Positions 1 through 8,768 of a stretch of DNA of 64,000 nucleotides are shown here, one piece after another. This DNA is from Candidatus Saccharimonadota bacterium (GTDB taxonomy: Bacteria; Patescibacteriota; Saccharimonadia; Saccharimonadales; Saccharimonadaceae): assembly GCA_017516075.1 (NCBI GenBank), contig JAFWDS010000021.1:17151-81150 (forward strand), read 5' to 3'. Position 1 is the stretch's first letter; every line of letters begins with the position of its first letter. The notes under the pieces were generated by a model that saw only the letters and a program-made list of their open reading frames with translations, did no database searches and was not told the DNA's origin. A program made the position numbers and the translations under genes.

Positions 1-867
1 TTCGATAATTGGTTTCATCAAAGAAATCTTAAACACATCAAACGAGTCAATTGACGCCGCCGTAATTCGCTCAAGCCCTGCTCCAAAATCCACATTCTTT
101 TTATCGAGTTCTTCAAAACTTCCGTCCGGCATTCTGCGGTATTGCATGAAGACCTGGTTGCCGATTTCCATAAATCTCGCCCCGTCGCTAGCTGGATGCG
201 CTAAACCATATTTCTCCACGTCTTGCTTATCTTCACCGAAATCATAGAATACTTCCGAATCCGGTCCACACGGATCACCAATCGGCGTAGTTTCACACCC
301 GCCACCCCGGCTCCACCAGTTCTCGTGGTCGTCGTAAAAGAAAATCCTCTCTCCTGGCTTGATTCCGCGCTTGTCACCATCCTTTGCTGTACCGATTTCG
401 GCGATTTTGGCCTCAATCCCCGCCTCTTTAAACACCTTCTGCCATATTTCGCCAGCTTCGGTGTCTTTTGGAATTCCATATTTTTCATTACCAATAAAAC
501 AGGTTACATAGATTCGTGAAGGGTCCAGCCCGACTTCGCGCGTCAAAAATTCAAAAAAGTGCCGAATCTGCTCTTCTTTAAAATAGTCTCCTAGAGACCA
601 GTTTCCTAGCATTTCGAAAACTGTAGTGTGCCTAGGGTCACCTACGTCATCGATATCCTGCATCCTCATGCATGGCTGCGAATCGCAGAGCCGAGTCCCT
701 AGCGGGTGGTCTTTACCTAGCAAAAATGGCAGAAGTGGCTGCATCCCAGAGCCAGTAAATAGTGTCGTCGGGTCTCCCTCTAGTACTAGTGGCGCCGGCT
801 GGATTTGCGCATGTCCATGCTTTTTTTGAAAGTTTAAAAACTTGTTTCGAATCGTATTTGCGTCCAT
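1..867 (-). CDS. alaS: Alanine--tRNA ligase, N-terminal part (runs off window start; absent from ORF track because no stop in window)
   Basis: Manual translation open from ATG 867 to base 1: MDANTIRNKFLNFQKKHGH...TTLFTGSGMQPLLPFLLG...QPCMRMQDIDDVGD..H.TVFEMLGNWSLGDYFK...NWWSRGG..PCGPDSEVFYD...MEIGNQVFMQY...NVDFGAGLERI = AlaRS motifs. Confidence 0.95.
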   Translation of the reverse strand, partial: MDANTIRNKFLNFQKKHGHAQIQPAPLVLEGDPTTLFTGSGMQPLLPFLLGKDHPLGTRLCDSQPCMRMQDIDDVGDPRHTTVFEMLGNWSLGDYFKEEQIRHFFEFLTREVGLDPSRIYVTCFIGNEKYGIPKDTEAGEIWQKVFKEAGIEAKIAEIGTAKDGDKRGIKPGERIFFYDDHENWWSRGGGCETTPIGDPCGPDSEVFYDFGEDKQDVEKYGLAHPASDGARFMEIGNQVFMQYRRMPDGSFEELDKKNVDFGAGLERITAASIDSFDVFKISLMKPIIE

Positions 868-1056
868 CCCTATATTATATCACAATTCTTTGGCCGTTTA
901 TTCCTTCGAAAAATGTGTAAAACCTCTTGAAAATTCTTGCCGGGATGGTGGATGAGTTTGTTGGTAAGTATCTGTAGAGAGTTGACAAATAAACCACTAA
1001 AGCTCGGCGCGAGTTAATCATTTAACCAAAACTATGCAAGCTTAAGAGCTATAAAA

Positions 1057-1146
1057 GTGTCTACTTTTAGGGATACACCATACAAGAGCTGCTGCCTACT
1101 TTTTAGGATACAATCAGAAAAAGGTGTCTACTTTTAAGGGTACAAT
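1057..1146. repeat. Three imperfect ~23-bp direct repeats (GTGTCTACTTTTAGGGATACAC-like)
   Basis: gtgtctacttttagggatacac 1057-1078; gctgcctactttttaggatacaat 1091-1114; gtgtctacttttaagggtacaat 1124-1146. Confidence 0.7.
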
Positions 1147-1151
1147 TAAGG

Positions 1152-2966
1152 CTAGGACCCTACCGTACACCTAATACTTTGCCCGCTGCGCTTATAGGTG
1201 TAGGTACCTGGGCTCACGTAGGAACTACTCAGGGGCAGGTAGTAGCTATAGCTGTAATTGAGCGCAGTAGACGACCAATAGTAGCCGAACGACCCTCTAT
1301 TGCCGGCCGACGACGTATTGAAGTTGCCGGAGTAGAGGAAGTTGTTAGGATAAGCTCTTAGCTTATTAGACGCATCACTGCCTTCTGGTGTGCCGGTGTA
1401 ATTTGGATAGGTTGAACTATCGTAATTAGCTGGTTTAATTCCACCATTAATACCATCAACTACTAGTGACCATAGTTCATTATTGGCTTCATTAGACTTA
1501 TCACCACCCTTAGGTAGATGCCAGCCCGCTGGACAGAGCGAAGTTCCCGTAGCTGATTGATTATTAGTACCATTATAAGTAAGGTCAGCAATCGCGGCAT
1601 GCCAAGTATAATAGTTACCGTAGGAATACATATTTCCACTATTGTCAGTTGGGCTAGATGCACGAGTTGAAGTATTGAGGTTATTATATCGTGGCATACG
1701 GTAACCTGGGTAATTTGAGGTGCCTATGTCTATACTAGCAGTACCTTCCTGGGTGCCACTGTAGTAGAGACTGTTTGTGGTATTGAGACTATCGAAGTTT
1801 TCGTTTTCTGCAGTAGCTAAACCTCCGAAGTTACCATAGGTAGCGGAAGTGCCATAGCCTTGGGCGAGAGTACCATCACTGTTATGCTCAGCAGTGCTTT
1901 CTAGTCTGAGGTTTTCAATCATCCAGCAGTTACCATCAGCGAGTTTGGCTACGGCGTAGGTATCGTTGTCGCGCTGATCGGTAAGGGCTGTCACTGCACC
2001 GCTTTGTAAGCTAGAGCAGCCGGACCAGTTTTGTAGATTACCAGCAGATTTAATCCATCTAGCATAAAGCGAAAGCCCAGGATTACTTCCGGTATATTGC
2101 CCGGCTGTGAAGGTGATTGTCTCTTGTGGACCTAAGTAGCCAGTTGTATCAGAATAATCAAAAGTCTTACTCCAACCAGCAAAACCATAACCTTCGCGTG
2201 AGAAGTTAGATGCAAGAAGTGTGGCGGAAGTATCAGAAGCAGTAATCGTCTGACACCCCATGGAGCCTTCTACATTAGAACCATTTGGATAATAGCAAAT
2301 TTGTCCAGCCTGTGTGGTCTCAGGATATAGTGGAGCATCTGCATCATTTGGGTATACCATAGTGTATTTAACTTTACCATTATAGCTTCCAGCTGGTTGA
2401 GTACTAGTTACATATACAGCATAAGTAGATTGTATATTAGCTCCAACTGTAGCATCAGTACCAGCTGTTCTAGTAGCTACTTTAGTATAAGTATCCGGTA
2501 CTGCATGATAGGAATCAAAGTCTGATAGTATGGTAGGAGCATATGTTCCAGTTACACTATTTAGTTTCATTGCCCAATTTGATGTGTTTCCATTTTGTGC
2601 TGTTCCGGTAGCTATATCGTATGTCGGTGCTAGTGTTCCTCCTACTGTAGCTAGCATTTTATTATTACCATATTCTTGGTTAGAATAACCAATGGCATAG
2701 ATAGAAAAACCATTAGCATCATTACATACAGCTTTAAGTGTAGTAGTACCAATATCAGCTACGTAAGTTCCTGATTCTACATTAGCCGTATGTGGTGTAT
2801 CAACAGTTCCAGTCATGGTACAAGCGACTGGGATACTGATAGCTACATCATCAATTATATCGTCAGCAGAAACTACATGAGAAGCCAGTATTGTTCCAGA
2901 ACAAAGAGTCAAGAATAATAAACCTAGAGTTGTTATTATTTGCTTCTTATGCTCTTGATTTATCAT
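1152..2966 (-). CDS. Secreted surface protein: signal peptide, WxL-like N-domain, InlB B-repeat-like segment, C-terminal FISUMP (Fibrobacter succinogenes major paralogous) domain
   Basis: Signal peptide; GY.FAGWS B-repeat motif; YAVAKLADGNCWMIENLRL, YGNYYTW, CPAGWHLP, YYWSST, SIRC motifs of the FISUMP family. Confidence 0.8.
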   Translation of the reverse strand: MINQEHKKQIITTLGLLFLTLCSGTILASHVVSADDIIDDVAISIPVACTMTGTVDTPHTANVESGTYVADIGTTTLKAVCNDANGFSIYAIGYSNQEYGNNKMLATVGGTLAPTYDIATGTAQNGNTSNWAMKLNSVTGTYAPTILSDFDSYHAVPDTYTKVATRTAGTDATVGANIQSTYAVYVTSTQPAGSYNGKVKYTMVYPNDADAPLYPETTQAGQICYYPNGSNVEGSMGCQTITASDTSATLLASNFSREGYGFAGWSKTFDYSDTTGYLGPQETITFTAGQYTGSNPGLSLYARWIKSAGNLQNWSGCSSLQSGAVTALTDQRDNDTYAVAKLADGNCWMIENLRLESTAEHNSDGTLAQGYGTSATYGNFGGLATAENENFDSLNTTNSLYYSGTQEGTASIDIGTSNYPGYRMPRYNNLNTSTRASSPTDNSGNMYSYGNYYTWHAAIADLTYNGTNNQSATGTSLCPAGWHLPKGGDKSNEANNELWSLVVDGINGGIKPANYDSSTYPNYTGTPEGSDASNKLRAYPNNFLYSGNFNTSSAGNRGSFGYYWSSTALNYSYSYYLPLSSSYVSPGTYTYKRSGQSIRCTVGS

Positions 2967-2993
2967 GCTTAAGTATTCCTTTTTTTCTAAATC

Positions 2994-4790
2994 TTACGCA
3001 CCAGGGGCTAAGCAACGAATACTCATTCCGCTGTACTTGTCGCTGTAGATCGTACCTGGGTAGACGCGGGCATTGTAGAGGTGTAGGTAGTAGGCAATAT
3101 CACTAGATAACGATGAAGACGACCAATAGTAGCTGCCGGAGCCACGACTGCCCACCGAGCCACTTCTGACGGAACCGGAAAAAACGAAGTTATTGGGATA
3201 GGCTCTTAGACCTTTGCTTGCAGATGTGTCAGTGGCACCAGTATTCACAGCAGTGTTTAAAGCATAAAACTCACCAGTAGTTCTGCTAGTATAGCCAGTT
3301 GGAATACGCCATCCAGTTGGACAAATAGAAGTAGTATTGCAATCTCTACCTCCGTAAGCAGTAGTGTCAGCAATAGTAGCTGCCCAAGTATAATAGTTGC
3401 CATAGCTATACATACTGGCGTCTGAGGTGCTGTTAGCTGCTGAATTGGAGGTTGGGTTACTTGGTCTGTCTGTAGCTGTGGTGGGAGTGTTTACGTTGTT
3501 ATAACGGGGGAACCTGTAGGCTTGGTCACTACCAGAAATAGTTTTATCGGTAGAGCCATCGGTGCTATATAGGCTATTTGCAGTAGTACTATTACTCGCC
3601 CATGGCGCTTCTGGATTAGCTAATCCAGCAAAGCTAGCATTATAACCTTGTGCTAACGAGCCACCAGTATTATCGGTTCCGGTATTTTCTAGGCGCATGT
3701 TCTCAATCATCCAGCAATTGCCATCGGCAAGTTTCGCCACAGCGTAAGTTTCATTATCGCGTTGGTCCGTAAGAGCTGTGACTGCGCCACTTTGTAAGCT
3801 AGAGCAACCAGTCCAGCCTTGGAGACTACCGGCAGATTTAATCCAATGAGCGTAGAGCGACAAGCCATTATTATTGCCAGAATAAGCACCTTCAGTGAAT
3901 TCTATGTATTCTTGTGGACCAAGGAAGCCAGTTGTATCAGAATAATCAAAGGTCTTACTCCACCCAGCAAAGCCATAACCTGCACGTGAGAAATTGGAGG
4001 CGAGAAGTACGGCAGAAGTTGGAGAAACGCCATCAGTAGTTCCAGACGCAGGAATAGTCTGGCAACCCATGGTTCCTTCAACATTGCTACCATTTGGATA
4101 ATAACAAATCTTGCCAGGTTCAGTTGCTTGTGGCGACAAAGGCGCTTCTGCATCATCCGGATGCACCAAAGTATACCTCACCTTCCCCTGATAAGTCCCA
4201 GCCTGCTGTGTAGGCGAAACAAATATTGCATAAGTAGATTGTATAGTAGAGCCAATTGTATTATCGGTCTGCGCTGCAAATGTCGCAACTTGTGTATATG
4301 TACTAGGTACAGTCCTATAGCTTCCAAATCCATTTAGTATTGTTGGAGCATAAGTCCCTTCTACTGCACTTAGTTTCATTGCCCAGTTAGATGTATTTCC
4401 AGAAGTAGCTGTACCAGTTACTATATTAGAAGGAGCAGGAGTAGCATTTCCTTGATACACCATTTCTGTATTACCATATGTATCTTCACTATATCCTATT
4501 GCATATACACTATATCCATCTTTATCATTACAAAATACTTTAATATTAGTGAGACCAATATCTGATTCATATTCATTATTGCGAATAGTAGCTGTATGTT
4601 CCGTATTACCACTAACCGCTTCAGACATACTACAAGACACTGGTACAGTCACATTTACTACGTCTATCACGTCGTCGGCGAAAGCCACCGCGCTAGATAG
4701 CGACATCGCCAAACCAAAAACAAACAAAACCAACCCCCCACACAAAGACAACTCTAGAGCCGATAATCCACTATGCTTTTTGACTCTCAT
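2994..4790 (-). CDS. Secreted FISUMP-domain surface protein (paralog 2)
   Basis: Same architecture and motifs (LADGNCWMIENMRL, YGNYYTW, CPTGWRIP, YYWSSS, SIRC). Confidence 0.8.
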   Translation of the reverse strand: MRVKKHSGLSALELSLCGGLVLFVFGLAMSLSSAVAFADDVIDVVNVTVPVSCSMSEAVSGNTEHTATIRNNEYESDIGLTNIKVFCNDKDGYSVYAIGYSEDTYGNTEMVYQGNATPAPSNIVTGTATSGNTSNWAMKLSAVEGTYAPTILNGFGSYRTVPSTYTQVATFAAQTDNTIGSTIQSTYAIFVSPTQQAGTYQGKVRYTLVHPDDAEAPLSPQATEPGKICYYPNGSNVEGTMGCQTIPASGTTDGVSPTSAVLLASNFSRAGYGFAGWSKTFDYSDTTGFLGPQEYIEFTEGAYSGNNNGLSLYAHWIKSAGSLQGWTGCSSLQSGAVTALTDQRDNETYAVAKLADGNCWMIENMRLENTGTDNTGGSLAQGYNASFAGLANPEAPWASNSTTANSLYSTDGSTDKTISGSDQAYRFPRYNNVNTPTTATDRPSNPTSNSAANSTSDASMYSYGNYYTWAATIADTTAYGGRDCNTTSICPTGWRIPTGYTSRTTGEFYALNTAVNTGATDTSASKGLRAYPNNFVFSGSVRSGSVGSRGSGSYYWSSSSLSSDIAYYLHLYNARVYPGTIYSDKYSGMSIRCLAPGA

Positions 4791-4923
4791 TTATACCTCT
4801 CATACTTATAATCCTATTTTATCACGCCCAAAATAAAAAACAAGCATTTTAGCTCTTGATTTTTTCCGAAACTTCTGCTATTATAAACATAAGCATATTA
4901 ATTAATATACAAAAGGAGCCAAA

Positions 4924-5112
4924 ATGGCACAAGCAAAAAGAAAAACTGCGACGAAAACTGCGAAAAAGACGACCATGGCGCGTCGTACCACCGGCACTCG
5001 TACTCGCAAGCAAGAACAACAACAAGGGCAGTCGAACATGTTCTTTGTTATCTCGATGAGCGTCCTTGCTGCCACCTTACTATTTGCAAACCTCTTAATG
5101 ATGGTAGCCTAA
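4924..5112 (+). CDS. Small basic protein with C-terminal transmembrane helix, hypothetical
   Basis: 62-aa ORF with AAGGAG SD upstream, Lys/Thr-rich N-terminus, hydrophobic C-terminus, followed by a terminator. Confidence 0.65.
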   Translation: MAQAKRKTATKTAKKTTMARRTTGTRTRKQEQQQGQSNMFFVISMSVLAATLLFANLLMMVA

Positions 5113-5123
5113 GTCGCATAGCT

Positions 5124-5153
5124 AAATACCCCTCGCCATGAGGGGTATTTTTT
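5124..5153. terminator. Intrinsic (probably bidirectional) terminator
   Basis: aaatacccctc-gccat-gaggggtattttt between convergent genes. Confidence 0.8.
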
Positions 5154-6444
5154 ATGCAATAATTCCCCCACCAATGCAAATCTCGCCGTCATATAATACT
5201 GCCGACTGCCCACTCGCCGGCCGCTTCACTTCGTGCTCAAAATGCAACGTTTCGCCATCAAACGTCGCAGGGATTAGGGGCGCACGATGTCTTAAGCGAA
5301 CTAAGACCTGCTTTTTCTGAAGCATAACATGATTTGAATTTTCAACACGTATATTCCTGACGTCACCGACAGGTTCGTCCCGAAGGGACGGTTCTGCCGG
5401 CTGACCAGCGTATGACGTGCTTGAAAATTCAAGTCGCGCTGAAGAAAAAGCAGGTTTAGTTCGCATAAAAACATCTTTCAGTTTTAGTTCCTTAACCCAC
5501 AAATTTTCATCATTCAGATTTTTCGACACATATACGATATTTTGCCCGACATCTTTTTTGACCACATAATACGGCAACCCATCATTTACTACGCCCTTCT
5601 CACCATCTAGATACAACCCATGCCTCTGCCCAATTGTATAAAACACCGCCCCTTCGTGAAAACCGAGCACCTTGTTGCTCTCGATTTCGCGAATCTCACC
5701 TGGTTGAGCATCGATATATTCCTTGAGAAAATCCTTCATTCCTACCTCGCCAACAAAACACACCCCCATGGACTCTTTTTTGTAAGCATTATGCAGCCCA
5801 TGCTTCTTGGCGAGCTCCTTCACCTCCGGTTTCCGCATCTCACCTATGGGAAACAAAGTATGTTCCAAAGCTTCCTCGGAAATGCGATAAAGAAAATACG
5901 TCTGATCCTTATTCTCATCTATGGCGCGCATTAGACAAGTTCGGGACGATTGCGAACTAACTGTTTGGGGGCTTCCGGAGGTTACGACCGAGGATGAGGG
6001 CGCGAGCCCCGTAACGACGGGCGCGAGCGACCCGTCCCCCAAACAGTTATGTTCGAATCGTCCTATTCTCGCATAATGCCCCGTAGCAATATAATCAGCC
6101 CCTGCCTCCATCGCTTTCTCGTAAAAGAGCTTGAATTTAATCTCTTGATTACACATTATATCTGGATTTGGCGTATTCCCGGCGCGAAACTCACGTAGCA
6201 TATATTCCACCACCTTCTCTCGATATTCTTTTTCAAAATCCCAAACGAAAAAATCAATACCGAGCTTCACTGCCACTCTCTTGGCGTCGGCCAGGTCTTC
6301 TGCCCATGGGCACTTCATGCCAGGGAGGTCTCTAGACCAGTTTTTCATATATACACCAACAACGCGATATCCTTGCTGCTTCAAAAGCAAAGTCGATACG
6401 CTCGAATCTACTCCGCCACTCATTCCAACATACGCTGTTTTCAT
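5152..6444 (-). CDS. mnmA: tRNA-specific 2-thiouridylase MnmA carrying two in-frame palindromic insertions
   Basis: SGGVDS, NPDIMCNQEIKF, ATGHYAR, KDQTYFL, KKESMGVCFVG, YTIGQRHGL, GQSAVLYDGE.C.GGG; start reassigned to ATG 6444 (MKTAYVG). Confidence 0.95.
   Translation of the reverse strand: MKTAYVGMSGGVDSSVSTLLLKQQGYRVVGVYMKNWSRDLPGMKCPWAEDLADAKRVAVKLGIDFFVWDFEKEYREKVVEYMLREFRAGNTPNPDIMCNQEIKFKLFYEKAMEAGADYIATGHYARIGRFEHNCLGDGSLAPVVTGLAPSSSVVTSGSPQTVSSQSSRTCLMRAIDENKDQTYFLYRISEEALEHTLFPIGEMRKPEVKELAKKHGLHNAYKKESMGVCFVGEVGMKDFLKEYIDAQPGEIREIESNKVLGFHEGAVFYTIGQRHGLYLDGEKGVVNDGLPYYVVKKDVGQNIVYVSKNLNDENLWVKELKLKDVFMRTKPAFSSARLEFSSTSYAGQPAEPSLRDEPVGDVRNIRVENSNHVMLQKKQVLVRLRHRAPLIPATFDGETLHFEHEVKRPASGQSAVLYDGEICIGGGIIA
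5296..5464. mobile_element. Intragenic palindromic element, family B, in mnmA
   Basis: Arms gcgaactaa(g)acctgctttttct 5296-5318 / agaaaaagcaggtttagttcgc 5443-5464; 41-bp and 73-bp blocks shared with the iscS copy. Confidence 0.85.
5945..6062. mobile_element. Intragenic palindromic element, family A, in mnmA
   Basis: Perfect 14-bp inverted repeat taactgtttggggg / cccccaaacagtta; 80-bp core (5964-6043) identical to dnaX 50649-50728. Confidence 0.9.
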
Positions 6445-6527
6445 AAGTATTATTATACCATAATATGACATAAAAATACCAAAAATCAAGTCTACTAAAA
6501 CTAACATAACCATGATATATAATAAAT

Positions 6528-8360
6528 ATGAGAAAAAGGTGTGTGCTATTTGCGATGCCAATCCCGATTATTTTGGCGATTTTTGGAATTTTGTCACAAA
6601 ACAGTGTTTTTGCTCTTACCTACTCTACCGACGTTAATGTACAGTTTACTTTTAATCCGGCTCTGCAGATAGATTTATCTTCTGCGGATCTTCTAATTTC
6701 TAATCTTTCTCCTGGCACTGCAGCTGATTCTAATGTAATAGATGTAATAGTAAAGACTAATAATATCACCGGCTATACTCTGAATGCTACAGTGGGCAAT
6801 AATACTACATATGATACCCGCGATTTAGTACATGAAGTATCTGGTTCTTCAGCTAATTTTGCTAGTATTAACTACGGCTCTAGCCTAGCTAGTCTTACTA
6901 CTGACAATACTTGGGGTTATTCTTATTCTACTGATGGTGGTACAAATTGGGAAGACTATGATGGATTGCCACTTTATAGTGATGCTACTAATATTGCTAC
7001 ACTAAAAGACTCTACTACCCCTCCTGCTACTAGTACTGGAGATGTAGTAAACTTCAAAATTGCCGCAAAAGCCAGTACTATGCAAGCTTCTGGTGATTAT
7101 AATAACGTGATTAACTTTATTGCTACAGCAAATCCTATACCCACTTTAGGTCCAGTAGCCTGCGAGAGTGGCAAAATTTGTTACAATGCTAACGTATTGG
7201 ATTCAATCGAAGTAGAAGGGACGATGGGGAAACCTACTGCAAATGCAAACACTACCACCATGCTTCTCGCATCTAACTTCAGTAGAGATGGCTATGGTTT
7301 TGCTGGTTGGAGTGATACTTACGACTATAGCGGTAACTTATATGGTCCACAGGAAGAAATCACTACTCCGGCAGATATGTCTAGCGGACTTCCGCTTTAC
7401 GCTATCTGGGTTCAATCCGCTGGCAGTATGCAGACCAGTGATGCAACTAGCGCCTGTAATAGTCTCACTGCCGCTACTCCTGGATTTAAATCTCTTGCTA
7501 GTGTCACGGCTCTTACTGATGAACGCGATGGCGAAACTTACGCCATCGCTAAACTCGCCGATGGTAATTGTTGGATGATTGAAAACCTAAGACTAGATAA
7601 TACCGCAGACCATAATTCCGATGGTACATTAGCGCAGGGTTACAATTCTAGCTTTGCTGGTCTCGCTAGCCCAGAAGCGCCATCGCTCTTCGCTAACGCA
7701 ACCACTGCAAATACTTTGTATAGTATAGATGGCTCCACCGATAAAACTATTTCTGGTAGTGATCAAGGCTACAGATTTCCACGATATAACAATGTAAATA
7801 CTCCTACTGCAGTCGCCGACAGACCGAGCAATCCCACCACTAACTCCGCAACTAATAGCACCTCAAATGCTGGCTTATATAGTTATGGTAATTACTATAC
7901 CTGGTCGGCTGCTATAGCGGACACTACGCATTATCCCACAAATAACCAATCTGTCACCAGTACTTCTATATGTCCTACCGGTTGGCGCTTGCCAAAAGGT
8001 GGCAATAAATCAAATGAGGCAAATAATGATTACTGGGCGCTTGTTGTAACTGGAATTAATGGCGGCATAAATCCATCTAATTACGATAGCGAAACTAGAC
8101 CATATTATACTAGTTCCCCTGAAGGTCCGAGTATCTCGAATGCTCTTAGAGCATACCCCAATAATATTATTTATTCCGGATATGCCGAAGGTGGTTCAGT
8201 GGAAAATCGCGGTTCAGGTGGTGGACATTGGTCGTCTACGGCGGTTTCTACTACTAATGCCTACTCTATAGTGTTTTACAGCAACTACGTTTACACGGGT
8301 ACAGGCAGTAATTCCAAGTATTTCGGAAGAACTATCCGCTGTTTTGCCCCTGGCACATAA
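6528..8360 (+). CDS. Secreted FISUMP-domain surface protein (paralog 3)
   Basis: Signal peptide, WxL-like N-domain, GYGFAGWS, LADGNCWMIENLRL, YGNYYTW, CPTGWRLP, HWSST, TIRC. Confidence 0.8.
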   Translation: MRKRCVLFAMPIPIILAIFGILSQNSVFALTYSTDVNVQFTFNPALQIDLSSADLLISNLSPGTAADSNVIDVIVKTNNITGYTLNATVGNNTTYDTRDLVHEVSGSSANFASINYGSSLASLTTDNTWGYSYSTDGGTNWEDYDGLPLYSDATNIATLKDSTTPPATSTGDVVNFKIAAKASTMQASGDYNNVINFIATANPIPTLGPVACESGKICYNANVLDSIEVEGTMGKPTANANTTTMLLASNFSRDGYGFAGWSDTYDYSGNLYGPQEEITTPADMSSGLPLYAIWVQSAGSMQTSDATSACNSLTAATPGFKSLASVTALTDERDGETYAIAKLADGNCWMIENLRLDNTADHNSDGTLAQGYNSSFAGLASPEAPSLFANATTANTLYSIDGSTDKTISGSDQGYRFPRYNNVNTPTAVADRPSNPTTNSATNSTSNAGLYSYGNYYTWSAAIADTTHYPTNNQSVTSTSICPTGWRLPKGGNKSNEANNDYWALVVTGINGGINPSNYDSETRPYYTSSPEGPSISNALRAYPNNIIYSGYAEGGSVENRGSGGGHWSSTAVSTTNAYSIVFYSNYVYTGTGSNSKYFGRTIRCFAPGT

Positions 8361-8461
8361 AAAGCATCTAGTAAACCTCCTCCCTCACCCCCCTCCCCCA
8401 TATTCCTTAGATATGATATGATTAAATCCAAGAAGGAGATTTCTAATAATAACTTAACCCA

Positions 8462-8490
8462 TTGACAATATGGGATATATGCCATATATT
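8462..8490 (+). promoter_or_regulatory. Sigma70-type promoter of the toxin-antitoxin pair, overlapped by an inverted repeat (possible operator)
   Basis: TTGACA-17 nt-TATATT; atatgg...ccatat palindrome overlapping the spacer and -10. Confidence 0.55.
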
Positions 8491-8513
8491 ATATATAGGC
8501 TGGAAAGGATACT

Positions 8514-8768
8514 ATGCCAACAGTAAGTTATTTTTATGGAATCATCATTGTGATGTATTTGCGTAGCAAGGAGCACAACCCTCCGCACATTCACGCCATC
8601 ACGCAAGATTTCGACGCGCCATTCTCTATAGAAACCGGCGAAATAATGGAAGGCATTTTTCCCAACAAAGCCAAAACTCTTGTTAAAGAGTTCATAATTA
8701 AATATCAAAAGGAATTAAAGGAGATGTGGGACAAAGAAGAATACTTCAAACTCCCACCTTTACAATAA
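8514..8768 (+). CDS. DUF4160-family protein (putative toxin)
   Basis: 84 aa, FYGIIIVMY...EHNPPHIHA motif typical of DUF4160. Confidence 0.8.
   Translation: MPTVSYFYGIIIVMYLRSKEHNPPHIHAITQDFDAPFSIETGEIMEGIFPNKAKTLVKEFIIKYQKELKEMWDKEEYFKLPPLQ

Noticed and set aside
1-867. alaS missing from the ORF track, suggesting a pseudogene
   Set aside because: Manual translation is open from 867 to base 1; it is only truncated by the window edge. The short ORFs 201-494, 223-519 and 626-829 are shadows.
946-1010. Weak hairpin upstream of alaS as a T-box or another element copy
   Set aside because: Pairing is poor, there is no T-box consensus, and alaS appears leaderless.
1057-1146. Mini-CRISPR array
   Set aside because: Repeats are degenerate, spacers are only ~10 bp, and there are no cas genes.
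6051-6062. GTTCGAATC resembling a tRNA T-loop
   Set aside because: No cloverleaf or acceptor stem around it; it is one arm of the mnmA palindrome.
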